This document shows positions 8,534 through 18,330 of a stretch of DNA of 64,000 nt, piece by piece. Position numbers and translations under genes: made by a program. Source of the stretch: an uncultured Candidatus Saccharibacteria bacterium (lineage in GTDB: Bacteria > Patescibacteriota > Minisyncoccia > Phycocordibacterales > GWA1-40-21); contig CAZTJK010000001.1 of NCBI GenBank assembly GCA_964613715.1, forward strand, positions 9,990-73,989. Reading direction: 5' to 3'. The notes under the pieces are model-generated. The model did no database searches. It saw nothing but the letters and a program-made list of their open reading frames with translations, and was not told the DNA's origin. Position 1 is the first letter of the stretch. Each line of letters opens with the position of its first letter.

Positions 8534-8962
8534 ATGGAACCGACTGCCGAAGAAAAGATAAAAAATATCCTCAATAAGAATGCTGCTCGCGAATTACCGA
8601 TGATGCATTATCATGGCGACACCGTGCGCGTCATATACCTCCTCATGGCGGTCATTCTCGTTATCACGACACCGTTTTTCAAATATAAGCTCCTGACACA
8701 GTCTTTCGGTGCTATCGTCGCCGTTATCGGCTTTTCAGTGTTCGGAGGGCTGACGAATCCGCGATCGCGAGCAGTCATCGTCATCGATTTCCTGATATCC
8801 ATCGCATCAGCTGTTATATTTGGATATCAAACCATCGTCACGTATGCCGGCTCATATGCAGATCTATTCTTCCTCACAAACGTCTTGTTGTTTGCCCTTG
8901 CCGTATTTTCATTGTATTTCAGCAGCAAGACGCTCCGGGGGAATCTCTTGTATCAGAAATAA
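8534..8962 (+). CDS. Hypothetical polytopic membrane protein
   Basis: Four predicted transmembrane helices. TATAAT lies 7 nt before the ATG. Confidence 0.45.
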   Translation: MEPTAEEKIKNILNKNAARELPMMHYHGDTVRVIYLLMAVILVITTPFFKYKLLTQSFGAIVAVIGFSVFGGLTNPRSRAVIVIDFLISIASAVIFGYQTIVTYAGSYADLFFLTNVLLFALAVFSLYFSSKTLRGNLLYQK

Positions 8963-8964
8963 AT

Positions 8965-9192
8965 ATGAGAAAGCTTAAAATCATCGCTTCGATTCTGGCG
9001 GGCATCGCATGTATTGCCCTTGCATTTGTATATTTCACGACCGAAGCGGGGAATCTGCCTCATATCATCCCAGGATTCGAAGCGGGAGCTGTCAAAATCC
9101 ATTTCAAGCATGGCATCGCATCGCTTGTCCTCGGCCTCGGACTCTTCGCATATGCCTGGTTTGCATCAGCTCCAAAATCAGCGGATCAATAA
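8965..9192 (+). CDS. Small membrane protein, hypothetical
   Basis: 75 aa with two hydrophobic helices. The 3' end overlaps convergent uppP by 15 nt. Confidence 0.4.
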   Translation: MRKLKIIASILAGIACIALAFVYFTTEAGNLPHIIPGFEAGAVKIHFKHGIASLVLGLGLFAYAWFASAPKSADQ

Positions 9193-10026
9193 GAGGAAAA
9201 AGGCGATGACGCCACCTGCCATGCAATATGCTGAAAACGGCAGAAGGGTTTTTTTCATGAAATATTTTTCAAGGAATTTCACGGAAAAGTAAGCGCTTGT
9301 GCCCGAAGCGACAGCGCCAATAAGAATCGGTAGGGTATTAAATGATGCGGCCGCCAAAAGAGGCAATTTCAAAGCAGAAGCGGCAAAAATAACCGGTGTA
9401 GCTAAGAGGAATGAAAAGCGGGCAGCGGCTGCATGATCAAGCCCGGCAAATAAGCCAGCACCGAGCGTCAGGCCGGTACGGGAAAAGCCTGGCAACAGTG
9501 CGACGCATTCCGCAAGTCCGATTTTCACTGCCTGCTTCCAAGTAAGCCTCGCGGCAGCCTGATCAGGATCAGTAGAAAGAGAATCTTGAGTCTTCATTCG
9601 GGCGCGTTCGAACACATCGAGCAGAATGCCGTTACCAATAAGAAACAAGGAAACGATAATCCCTGAAGAAAAGAGAAGCTTAAGCTTTTCCTCAAGCAAA
9701 AGGCCAAGCATGCCGACCGGCACTGTTGCAACAACGATGAGCCAGCCGAGCTTTGCGTAAGTATCGGCAGGATCAATCATGCGATTTTTAAGCGAACGAA
9801 ATATTCCTTTGAGAATAAGCAGCCAATCCTTCCGGAAAAACCACAGCAGCACGAGCGCTGTCGCAAAATGCGTTGCAACAACAAACACGAGGAAATAATC
9901 ACTTGATTGATCGATATGCCAGCCCAAAAGCTGCGGCAAGATGACTGAGTGGCCAAGGCTCGAAATGGGGAAAAGCTCGGTAAAGCCCTGCAGCGCGCCC
10001 ATGATGATGGTCTGAAGAAAGTCCAT
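9178..10026 (-). CDS. uppP: Undecaprenyl-diphosphatase
   Basis: MDFLQTIIMGALQGFTELFPISSLGHSV... is the BacA/UppP signature. Confidence 0.9.
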   Translation of the reverse strand: MDFLQTIIMGALQGFTELFPISSLGHSVILPQLLGWHIDQSSDYFLVFVVATHFATALVLLWFFRKDWLLILKGIFRSLKNRMIDPADTYAKLGWLIVVATVPVGMLGLLLEEKLKLLFSSGIIVSLFLIGNGILLDVFERARMKTQDSLSTDPDQAAARLTWKQAVKIGLAECVALLPGFSRTGLTLGAGLFAGLDHAAAARFSFLLATPVIFAASALKLPLLAAASFNTLPILIGAVASGTSAYFSVKFLEKYFMKKTLLPFSAYCMAGGVIAFFLLLIR

Positions 10027-10034
10027 AGAGTTTA

Positions 10035-11390
10035 TTAAATGCCTTGCAGCTTATTGATCTCCGTCGTCTGGATGGTATTGGCAAGCGCCATTACGCTTCG
10101 GCCATAGCTTGCGACAAACGAGGATTTGCTGCATGAGCTGCCGGAATAATATTTGCATGCAGCGTTCATCTCTGCGGTATAGCTTGATTTGTTTGCGCCA
10201 AGATCCCCAAGATAAATCGCCGCCGCCATGAATGCATGCTGTGGGTTCCACGGGTTCGGAATGCCTGAAATGCCGAGCGCTGAAGCAATGCGGGTTGCAA
10301 ACAGCATCCAGGTCGAGGCAATGAATTGCGCCGGGCCCATAGCGCCGCCCCAGCCGATCGCCTGCGGGCATGATACGACAGTCTTGTACGGGTCGACATT
10401 GATCGAGCTTGTGATGGTCAAAAACGGCGGCACATCGCGGGTCGGATTCATCACATTATCGAAATACTTCCCGGATTTGACGCTGAGGCCCGCGCCACTC
10501 TGGCTCGAGAGATAACAGGTGCCTTGATTGCTGCCGAGATTCGTCTCCTGGGTAAGGACCGCGAGCAGGAAGGCTGGATCAACGCCCGTGCGAGCATAGG
10601 CAGTCTTTGCATAGAGATATGCAGTACCGAATGGAATCGGGTTGGAGCCTCCTGCAAGCGAGAAGAGCTGCGCACTGATGGCATCCGCCTCCTTCTTTTT
10701 CTGGGCAAGCAGGGTGCCATATGCTTTTTCATTTTGCTTGCTGATGGACAAAAGCTGTTGACGAGCAGCCTGATCGCTCTTGATCTTTGCCTGCTCCTGC
10801 TGGATGACATAGCGCGCGTCGATTTCCGCATTGCGCTTTTCCACGAGGGTGTTCTTCGCATCGGTCGTATTCTTCTTATCCACGCCAAGCTGTGCTGAAA
10901 GATCGGAAAGCTGCGATTGGAGCATCTCGATCGTATTTGTATCATCGATAAATCCGGAAATGGTCGTGTTCGACAAGAGAACCTCGAGCAGGGAATTCGT
11001 CTCGGCTTTCGAAAGGGTGCGGAACATGCTTTCGATATCTTTTGTGTTGGCACTAATACGGTCTTCAAGATCATTGATCTGATTTTGCTTGTCGACGATA
11101 TTGTCGCCGAGCGTCTTGATGAGGAGGTTTTTCGCCTTTATATTGAGCTCTGCCGCCTTGATGCGCGCAGTCAACACATCGATATCACGCTGAATGGAAG
11201 CTGATTGAGATTGGGCCTTCGTGAGGTCTGCCTGCGCCTGTGCGGCTTCCGCTTGTACCGCTGCAAGCTGCGCTTCAAGCGCGGCGCGATCAGCAGGAGA
11301 TAGCGCTTGAGCCCCGGCAGGCTGGCATGGGGAAAGAAAAAAAATGCCGAAGACGGCAAGGGCGAATGTCCTGAAGAACCAAGATTTCAT
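10035..11390 (-). CDS. Secreted coiled-coil protein with a C-terminal lytic transglycosylase-like (MltB/SLT_2-type) domain
   Basis: Signal peptide, then a ~200-aa coiled coil, then ...DPAFLLAVLTQETNLG...GWGGAMGPAQFIASTW... Confidence 0.6.
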   Translation of the reverse strand: MKSWFFRTFALAVFGIFFLSPCQPAGAQALSPADRAALEAQLAAVQAEAAQAQADLTKAQSQSASIQRDIDVLTARIKAAELNIKAKNLLIKTLGDNIVDKQNQINDLEDRISANTKDIESMFRTLSKAETNSLLEVLLSNTTISGFIDDTNTIEMLQSQLSDLSAQLGVDKKNTTDAKNTLVEKRNAEIDARYVIQQEQAKIKSDQAARQQLLSISKQNEKAYGTLLAQKKKEADAISAQLFSLAGGSNPIPFGTAYLYAKTAYARTGVDPAFLLAVLTQETNLGSNQGTCYLSSQSGAGLSVKSGKYFDNVMNPTRDVPPFLTITSSINVDPYKTVVSCPQAIGWGGAMGPAQFIASTWMLFATRIASALGISGIPNPWNPQHAFMAAAIYLGDLGANKSSYTAEMNAACKYYSGSSCSKSSFVASYGRSVMALANTIQTTEINKLQGI

Positions 11391-11496
11391 AAGGCTATTA
11401 TAGCAAAGACGGAGCGTCTGTGTACTCTGACTTGTTGCAATAGAGTAAGAAGGGTTATAATAGTGAAGGTACGTTTATTCATTAATCTTTTGATTT

Positions 11497-11733
11497 ATGT
11501 CACAAACAACAAAAACCATCGTGATTCTCATCGTGCTTGCTGCAGCAGCCTATATCGGCTGGTCAGTCATGAGCAAGACCGGCTCAAGCATGCAGCCTGA
11601 TCAATCCGGCTATACGACCTCTGCATCCGATACGTCGGATGCCGCGATCAATCAGGATATGTCGAATATCGACACCCAGATGAAGCAGCTCAATACTGAT
11701 GCAAACGACCTTGACTCATCAATGAACCAATAA
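11497..11733 (+). CDS. Small secreted or membrane-anchored protein, hypothetical
   Basis: N-terminal TM helix followed by an S/T/D/N-rich tail. A TATAAT box lies about 35 nt upstream. Confidence 0.4.
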   Translation: MSQTTKTIVILIVLAAAAYIGWSVMSKTGSSMQPDQSGYTTSASDTSDAAINQDMSNIDTQMKQLNTDANDLDSSMNQ

Positions 11734-11750
11734 TCAGCATAATCCTACAC

Positions 11751-12644
11751 ATGACTATGAACACATTGAAATCATATCTTTTGGCAGCAACGACAGCATA
11801 CGCGGCTCTCTTCGCCCTGCCGGCGCTTGCTCAGGATGTAAGCGCAAGCGGTAATGTCCAGGTAGAAACGAGCGCAGGGACTCAAGACGCCGGCTTGCGC
11901 GCTGCGCTTCAGGCGAAGATAGCAGCTCATGCAAGCACGACGGCAGCAATGAAAGCCGAGCATCAGGAAACTATGAGCACGAATGCAAAAGCGATGGCCG
12001 ACACCCAGATCGACAATCGCATCGCATCCTTGAATGCCCTTCTTCTGCGTATCAAGGGCATGAAGCATGTGTCTGACAGCTATATGACAAGCGCTACGGC
12101 AGCAGTACAGGGCGAAATCGGAAAACTGACCGATCTCAAAGCTAAAATAGATGCTGATGCGGATATCACGGTGTTGAAGACCGATGTGAAATCGATCGCG
12201 CCGTCCCTGCGCATCTACATGCTCGTAGAGCCGCAGCTGCGGATTCAGACGACTGCTGAAAAAATAAAGGAAATCGGCACGAATATGACAACGACGCTCG
12301 CGAAAATCTCCGCACGAATGTCAGCTATCGCAGCAAGCAGCACCGTGGATACGTCCGGAGTCGTCGCAGCCATTGCTGATGCAAATACGAAAATCGCTGA
12401 TGCGAATGTCCAGGCGACGGCTGCGGAGACTGCTGTCGCATCGCTTTCAGCAGACAATGGTGATAAGACTGCCGAATCTGCAAACCACGATGCGCTCGTG
12501 AAAGCGCGAGCGGATCTGAAAGTCGCGATGACTGATCTCGAATCCGCACGCAAGGAAGTTATGGCAGCGCTGCAGACACTCCGTTCCATCCATGTGAAAG
12601 CGAAAGTCAGCGCCACTACGACTGCGACGACAAACGTTCAATAG
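11751..12644 (+). CDS. Secreted Ala-rich alpha-helical protein, hypothetical
   Basis: Signal peptide ...ALPALAQD, then a low-complexity Ala/Thr-rich body of about 270 aa. Confidence 0.5.
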   Translation: MTMNTLKSYLLAATTAYAALFALPALAQDVSASGNVQVETSAGTQDAGLRAALQAKIAAHASTTAAMKAEHQETMSTNAKAMADTQIDNRIASLNALLLRIKGMKHVSDSYMTSATAAVQGEIGKLTDLKAKIDADADITVLKTDVKSIAPSLRIYMLVEPQLRIQTTAEKIKEIGTNMTTTLAKISARMSAIAASSTVDTSGVVAAIADANTKIADANVQATAAETAVASLSADNGDKTAESANHDALVKARADLKVAMTDLESARKEVMAALQTLRSIHVKAKVSATTTATTNVQ

Positions 12645-12660
12645 CTTCATAAGTAGTACA

Positions 12661-12692
12661 AAAACAGCCGGAAAGAATATCCGGCTGTTTTG
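12661..12692. terminator. Bidirectional intrinsic terminator: acagccgg-aaagaatat-ccggctgt flanked by A4 and T4
   Basis: Serves convergent genes 11751..12644 (+) and 12700..13020 (-). Confidence 0.6.
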
Positions 12693-12699
12693 ATGCCTG

Positions 12700-13020
12700 T
12701 TAGAAATGCGGAGGACGGAAATGTATAGCTCCATCGTCTCCTCCGCCACCCCCTGAAAACAAAGGACGCAGAAGAAGAAAAAGAAGATAATATCCGAACA
12801 GACATATCCCTATTTCCCAGGCGAGGCTCTTGGCCTTCTTCATAAATTTTAATTCGATGAAAATGAGCAGCAGCCAGACTGCAAATACTGACAGGCTGCG
12901 AATGAGGTGCTCGAATCCGAATAAAAACCCAAGAACGAGCACCACAACGGCAATCATCAGGCCATATACGAAGATAGAGCCTATGATGGTCCAGAACCAA
13001 TCCTTCACTGACTTAGCCAT
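12700..13020 (-). CDS. Membrane protein, hypothetical (Gly5 tract at C-terminus)
   Basis: Start set at MAKSVKDW..., which has a strong Shine-Dalgarno AAGGAG 6 nt upstream. Three transmembrane helices. Confidence 0.5.
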   Translation of the reverse strand: MAKSVKDWFWTIIGSIFVYGLMIAVVVLVLGFLFGFEHLIRSLSVFAVWLLLIFIELKFMKKAKSLAWEIGICLFGYYLLFLLLRPLFSGGGGGDDGAIHFRPPHF

Positions 13021-13089
13021 TCCATGCTCCTTCACGTATGATTTTGAATCTGCCTTGAGCGTAGTAAAATAGGCACATATTGTCAAACC

Positions 13090-13632
13090 ATGAAAAAGCT
13101 TATTATCGCCGAAGTGAAGACGGAATCGCCGTTCGGATTCAAATCCGAAAAGGCCTGGGATGAGCTATTTGCTATCGCAGACAGGGTGGGTGACATGATA
13201 TCGATCCATACCGATTCCCGCTGGGGCGGGTCATTCGACTTGATCCGAAAAGCAAGAAGACTGACGAAAAAGCCGATACTAGCAAAAGGAATCCATCCGG
13301 CTGATGCGGATATTGAAAAAGCGATCGAGGCAGGAGCAGATTATGTGCTCGTCGTCGGCCGCATTCCGAAGATCCATCTTGAGAAGTGCCTTATCGAGCC
13401 GCGTTCGCTTGCCGAACTTGCCAAGATTCCGGCAAATCTGAAAGCTGTCTGGAATAGCCGGGATCTTGCGACCGGCGGCCTGAAAAAAGAGACATTTGCC
13501 AAAGCACGAAAGCTCTTTTCCGGCTGGCTCTGCCAGGCAAGCAATATACGAACGAAGGCTGATATCGAGCCTGGGGCGGATGCGGTGCTTGTCGGCAGCA
13601 ATCTTGAAACGTTCGCGCAATCCGTCGCATAA
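13090..13632 (+). CDS. Minimal indole-3-glycerol-phosphate synthase-like (TrpC family) TIM-barrel protein
   Basis: IAEVKTESPFGF...ISIHTDSRWGGSFDLIRKARRLTKKPILAKGI...GADYVLVV...WNSRDLATG...GADAVLVGSNL tracks the TrpC motifs but in only 180 aa. No other trp genes are present in the window. Confidence 0.55.
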   Translation: MKKLIIAEVKTESPFGFKSEKAWDELFAIADRVGDMISIHTDSRWGGSFDLIRKARRLTKKPILAKGIHPADADIEKAIEAGADYVLVVGRIPKIHLEKCLIEPRSLAELAKIPANLKAVWNSRDLATGGLKKETFAKARKLFSGWLCQASNIRTKADIEPGADAVLVGSNLETFAQSVA

Positions 13633-13649
13633 GAGTATATAATCACCAT

Positions 13650-14150
13650 ATGCTTACGATATTCAATGTCATATCGAAAGATGGATTCATCGCTGATACA
13701 GAGGGCAGGGAAGATTTCATCCCTGAAGCGATTTGGGAATATGATATCGAGCTCTATCAGCGCTACGACACGCTCATCATGGGAAAACATACTTATGCAG
13801 CAATACAGGCATATGATGATGCAGCAAAAAAACTTCTCGAGGATTTGCCGATACGGAAAATCGTGCTATCGCATGATCAGGATCTGAAATTAAAAAACGG
13901 CTATGAAGCATGCATCTCGCTTGAAGCGGCCCTTTTGAAAGGGAAACAGTGTCTTCTTTCGAGCGGGCCAAGTACGAATGACAGAGCAATGAAGCAAAAG
14001 CTTGTTGATACGGTGATCCAATATGAGCTTTCGGAACAAATCGGTAATGGCATTCGCCCGTTCACATTTGATGTGACGAATATGATGCAGGTGGTCTCTC
14101 ACGTTAAAATGCCGTATGGCATCCTCTCGGAATATATCGTCAAGAAGTAA
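13650..14150 (+). CDS. Dihydrofolate reductase-like protein (RibD_C family), second paralogue
   Basis: MLTIFNVISKDGFIA...GKHTY... TATAAT lies 7 nt before the ATG. Confidence 0.6.
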   Translation: MLTIFNVISKDGFIADTEGREDFIPEAIWEYDIELYQRYDTLIMGKHTYAAIQAYDDAAKKLLEDLPIRKIVLSHDQDLKLKNGYEACISLEAALLKGKQCLLSSGPSTNDRAMKQKLVDTVIQYELSEQIGNGIRPFTFDVTNMMQVVSHVKMPYGILSEYIVKK

Positions 14151-14199
14151 ATCCGTCTCGGAAGAGAAGGTGGCGGCATAAACGTGCTAGTATTTTTAT

Positions 14200-14802
14200 A
14201 TGGAGTATTCCGAATACAAGGATGAGGAGCTTATCAGGCTATCGAGCCGCGACGAGCAGGCATTCAATGAGATCGTCCGGCGATACTTGTCACCGCTCTA
14301 TAATTTCATATATCGCATACTCAAAAACAACCTCGATGTGGAAGATATCGTCCAGGATGCATTCCTGAAGGCATGGAAGCATGCCCATACCTTCCGCCCG
14401 CCGCAAAAATTCAAGACATGGCTCTATGCGATCGGGCATCATGCTGCAATCGATCATGCGCGCAAAAAGCGCCCGCTGCTGTTCTCTGACTTTGAGACAG
14501 ATGATTCGCCTGTCTCGTTTGCAGACACCATTGCCGATACGGAAGCGCTTGCTGACGAAATTTTTGAGCGCGCCGAACTAAAAACAGCCGTTGAAACGCT
14601 GCTTGGCAAACTCCCGGCACCGTATCGGGAAGTGATACTCCTGCGCTATCATGAAGAGCTCGGGTTCGAGGATATTGCATCAATACTCGGCAAACCTGCA
14701 AATACGGTCAAAAGCCAACATCGCCGGGCCCTTCTTTTCCTGAAGAAAGAGATTGATGCTGCACCGAAACAGCCGCTTCGCACGTATAAGAAAGCGATAT
14801 GA
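14200..14802 (+). CDS. ECF-type RNA polymerase sigma factor
   Basis: Region 2 is DIVQDAFLKAWKHAHTF...WLYAIGHHAAIDHARKK. Region 4 is YREVILLRYHEELGFEDIASILGKPANTVKSQHRRAL. Confidence 0.85.
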   Translation: MEYSEYKDEELIRLSSRDEQAFNEIVRRYLSPLYNFIYRILKNNLDVEDIVQDAFLKAWKHAHTFRPPQKFKTWLYAIGHHAAIDHARKKRPLLFSDFETDDSPVSFADTIADTEALADEIFERAELKTAVETLLGKLPAPYREVILLRYHEELGFEDIASILGKPANTVKSQHRRALLFLKKEIDAAPKQPLRTYKKAI

Positions 14803-15194
14803 GACATTTGCACGTACAAGAACAACTGCCATCGCCGTTCCTAGAGAATCGGATCATGGCTACAATACAGCGTGCCATGGTAGAAAGAAAATCAGCTCGA
14901 AAAAGAATCGGGGTGCTTTTTGCGGCAATATCATCCGCGATCGGTGTATATTTCCTGACGTATGCAATCAACGCATTCCAGGCATCGGGATTCGGCACCT
15001 ATTTGTCGCTTGCGTTCAGTGATAGCAGGATCGTATTCGGAAATTTCAGTACCTTCCTGCTTTCGCTTGTCGATTCGGCACCGTTATTCGCCCTGACTCT
15101 CTGCTTGGTCGCTGTGACCGCGATCCTCGCATCAGTGCGATATGTGGCTACCGCAATGCGGGAATATAGGTATCAGCCATCATTATTCAATTAA
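14799..15194 (+). CDS. Putative anti-sigma factor (single-pass membrane protein translationally coupled to the ECF sigma factor)
   Basis: ATGA start/stop overlap with the sigma gene. A short cytoplasmic N-terminus is followed by a TM helix. The call rests on position only. Confidence 0.45.
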   Translation: MRHLHVQEQLPSPFLENRIMATIQRAMVERKSARKRIGVLFAAISSAIGVYFLTYAINAFQASGFGTYLSLAFSDSRIVFGNFSTFLLSLVDSAPLFALTLCLVAVTAILASVRYVATAMREYRYQPSLFN

Positions 15195-15199
15195 AAAAT

Positions 15200-15658
15200 A
15201 TGAAAACAACCTGGAAAGATTTTTTTGCATCAAATAAAGTCCAGAAAGCTATTTGGATCATTTTGGCACTAGTAGCGCTGCTCGTCGCATTCCAGGCTGG
15301 CATCTTCGTCGGATTTGAAAAGGCGCGTTTCTCGAACCGCATCGGCGAGCGGTATTTCATGCAGGTGGGCTCACGCAGAAATGTTGGCCTGTTTCCAGGC
15401 GAAGGGTTCGGCGGCCCGCATGGCTCTTTCGGCAGGATCGTCGAGATCAAGCTGCCTTTTGTTGTGATCGCTGATCGGGATGGGAATGATAAGACTATCA
15501 TGGTTTCAAGCTCCACGAATATCCGGGATGCTGATGGCGATGAGCGCGTGAATATCCTTGCTGCAAACCAAACAGTCGTCGTGTTCGGGGATGCATCGAG
15601 CTCGGACGCCATCATTGACGCGCGCCTGATCAGGATTTTGCCGGCTCCGCAGCAATAA
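15200..15658 (+). CDS. Hypothetical exported or membrane-anchored protein
   Basis: N-terminal TM helix followed by a beta-rich domain. Lies in the operon between the anti-sigma and the efflux adaptor. Confidence 0.45.
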   Translation: MKTTWKDFFASNKVQKAIWIILALVALLVAFQAGIFVGFEKARFSNRIGERYFMQVGSRRNVGLFPGEGFGGPHGSFGRIVEIKLPFVVIADRDGNDKTIMVSSSTNIRDADGDERVNILAANQTVVVFGDASSSDAIIDARLIRILPAPQQ

Positions 15659-15664
15659 TCCTCT

Positions 15665-17608
15665 ATGAAAAACTATCTGAAAAAGATCCTGGCGAAAGAA
15701 TTCTGGCGGCAGGCCGGAGCATGGGCAAGCATGCATAAGACTCTGTCGGTCATCATCGCGCTCGCAACCCTTTCCACTGCCCATTGGGGAATTTCGAAAA
15801 TCTTGACACCTGTCGCAGGAACGCAATATGTATTCGGCAGAGTCGAGCGCGGAGACCTTGTCGTTTCAGTCAATGGATCAGGACAAGTGGCAACGGCAAG
15901 CGAAGTTGATATCAAACCGAAAACGACCGGTCAAACGCAGACGCTCGGACAGATCATCGCTGTCAAAGTGCAAAACGGCGACACCGTCAAAGCGGGCCAG
16001 GTCATCGCGATTCTCGATGGCAAGAATACTCTGCAGGCGCTCAATCAAGCAAGGGCAAGCGTTGCAAGCGCGCAGGCAAGCTATGACAAACTCGTGAACG
16101 GTCCGACTACATCTGACCTTTCATCAATCAATAACTCCATACAATCTTCACAGCTTGCTCTTTCCAATCTCCAACAGAATATCGTTATCAAGATACGGAG
16201 TGCATACACATCAGTAGCAAAATCAGTCTACAGCGACACTGATTCATTCTTCAATGGCCCGATGAGCCAGAGCCCGGTACTTTCTCTTGCTGATGTGAAT
16301 TTCCTCAATCAGCAGCTGAAAACGGCTGTAGAAGCGAAACGAAGCAGCATCGGCGCAACCCTTACAAACTGGAAAGTAAGTGTGGATGCTCTGACGAGTG
16401 CAAGCGACCTCGTGACAAGCCTGAATGATGCGATTACAAATCTCAATATAGTACGGAGCTATTTCGACGACATGGCAACGCTTTTCGCTTCATACACTAC
16501 GTCAAACACGAGCTCGGGACAATCCTCAATCAGCTCAGACAAGAGTGCTGCGGCAAGCGCGCGCTCCGGCATTGATTCGTCGATCAATGATCTGGTATCT
16601 GCACTGCAATCGTATCAAAGCGATCAAATAGGGCTCGAACAAGACCAGAATTCGCTTGCGCTCAAGACTGCGCCGCCGTCTGCCGAAGATGTAACCGTCG
16701 CTAAAGCCCAGCTCGACAATGCAACAGCAAGTCTCGCCAATGCCGAGGAGGCCTATGCATCACGCATCATCACTGCGCCGTTCGATGGACAGATTGGGGG
16801 ATTGAACGCGCAGATCGGCCAACAAGTCTTATCAAGCGACTCCCTCGGCAAGATCATCACTGCGGAAAAGGTGGTCAATATCAGCCTTAATGAAGTCGAT
16901 GCAGCAAAAATTGCAGCCGACGATGCCGTAACGCTCACATTCGATGCGATACCCGGCATTTCAATCAAAGGCCATGTGGTCTATATTGACCCGCTCGGTA
17001 CCGTAAACCAAGGCGTGGTGAGCTATGCCGTCGAGATTAAGATGGATGAATCAAATGATGCGATCAAAACCGGCATGACCGCGTCAGCGACTATCGGCAC
17101 TGAAAGCCATACAGGCGTGCTTATCGTGCCAAGCTCGGCCATTATGACGCAAAATGGCAGGAAATATGTGCTCATCGCAGATATGGCAAGCTCGACATTC
17201 GGACAAATGGCAGGATTCGGCTCATCGACACGTATACGTGGATTTGCAAGCACGACCGACCGGGGAAATTTCAGGTACAGTTCATCAACATTCACAAATG
17301 GCTCAAGCACGCGCAGATTCCGCCTCGCATCGAGCACGAGAGGGAACGTGCCTTTAGCAGGGCAGGTGGGATTGCAATTCCCGGTTACAAGCATCGAAGT
17401 GACGACCGGTATCTCGAATAATACGCAGACAGAAATCATTGCCGGCCTTTCAGAAGGTGAATTAATTGTCACACGGACGATCACGAATACAGCGGCAAAT
17501 ACGAAGACGGCTGCGGCACAGGCAACGACGCGCACGGTCGGCGCAGGAGCTGCCACGAGAGGATTCGGCGGAGGCCTCGGCGGCGGATCGGTGTTCATCA
17601 GCAGATGA
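15665..17608 (+). CDS. HlyD/MacA-family periplasmic adaptor with a ~60-aa S/T/R/G/F-rich disordered insertion
   Basis: N-terminal TM helix. Biotinyl-lipoyl-like segment VKAGQVIAILD, a long coiled-coil hairpin, and the C-terminal beta-domain GLQFPVTSIEVTTGISNNTQTEIIAGLSEGELIV. The insertion is SSTFGQMAGFGSSTRIRGFASTTDRGNFRYSSSTFTNGSSTRRFRLASSTRGN. Confidence 0.75.
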   Translation: MKNYLKKILAKEFWRQAGAWASMHKTLSVIIALATLSTAHWGISKILTPVAGTQYVFGRVERGDLVVSVNGSGQVATASEVDIKPKTTGQTQTLGQIIAVKVQNGDTVKAGQVIAILDGKNTLQALNQARASVASAQASYDKLVNGPTTSDLSSINNSIQSSQLALSNLQQNIVIKIRSAYTSVAKSVYSDTDSFFNGPMSQSPVLSLADVNFLNQQLKTAVEAKRSSIGATLTNWKVSVDALTSASDLVTSLNDAITNLNIVRSYFDDMATLFASYTTSNTSSGQSSISSDKSAAASARSGIDSSINDLVSALQSYQSDQIGLEQDQNSLALKTAPPSAEDVTVAKAQLDNATASLANAEEAYASRIITAPFDGQIGGLNAQIGQQVLSSDSLGKIITAEKVVNISLNEVDAAKIAADDAVTLTFDAIPGISIKGHVVYIDPLGTVNQGVVSYAVEIKMDESNDAIKTGMTASATIGTESHTGVLIVPSSAIMTQNGRKYVLIADMASSTFGQMAGFGSSTRIRGFASTTDRGNFRYSSSTFTNGSSTRRFRLASSTRGNVPLAGQVGLQFPVTSIEVTTGISNNTQTEIIAGLSEGELIVTRTITNTAANTKTAAAQATTRTVGAGAATRGFGGGLGGGSVFISR

Positions 17609-18330
17609 TCATGATCGAATGCAAAAATATCACGAAAACCTATATTAATGGCGAATCAGAAACAGAGGCCCTGAAGGGAGTTTCATTCACCATCAATGAC
17701 GGCGAGTTCGTCGCCATTATGGGGCCATCCGGATCGGGCAAATCGACTCTGATGCATATTCTTGGCGCGCTCGACACGCCGACATCTGGCATGTACAAGC
17801 TCGACGGGGAAGACGTATCGAAGCTGGCTGATGATGAGCTGGCGGATATCCGCGGCAGAAAGATCGGCTTTGTTTTCCAAGCATTCAACCTGCTCCGCCG
17901 TACAACCGTGCTGCGTAATGTCATCCTGCCACTCGTATATTCCAATGTCGTCCCCGGCGAGCGGGAAGCCCGAGCGAAAGCCGCATTACGCTCGGCAAGC
18001 CTCGAAGAAAACCGCTGGCTGCACCTGTCGAATCAGCTCTCGGGCGGACAAATCCAGCGCGTGGCCATCGCTCGTGCGCTCGTTAATAATCCGTCGCTTA
18101 TCATGGCTGATGAACCGACAGGAAATCTTGATACGAAAACCGGAGAGATTGTGCTCGATACGTTCCAGGAACTCAATAGGAAAGAAGGACGCACGATCGT
18201 CCTCATCACCCATGAGCTTGATGTCGCCGAGCATGCTGATCGCATCATCCATATCCGCGATGGCGTAATCGTGAGCGACGAACCAAATCATAAAAAACGA
18301 GCGACTCATCACGCACATCAAACCATATGA
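17605..18330 (+). CDS. ABC transporter ATP-binding protein (MacB/LolD-type)
   Basis: Walker A GPSGSGKST, ABC signature LSGGQIQRVAIARAL, Walker B IMADEPTGNLD. Overlaps the adaptor stop. Confidence 0.9.
   Translation: MIMIECKNITKTYINGESETEALKGVSFTINDGEFVAIMGPSGSGKSTLMHILGALDTPTSGMYKLDGEDVSKLADDELADIRGRKIGFVFQAFNLLRRTTVLRNVILPLVYSNVVPGEREARAKAALRSASLEENRWLHLSNQLSGGQIQRVAIARALVNNPSLIMADEPTGNLDTKTGEIVLDTFQELNRKEGRTIVLITHELDVAEHADRIIHIRDGVIVSDEPNHKKRATHHAHQTI

Noticed and set aside
9014-9292. 92-aa plus-strand ORF overlapping the uppP 3' end
   Set aside because: It is antisense to uppP and Ser/Arg-rich. It is a shadow ORF.
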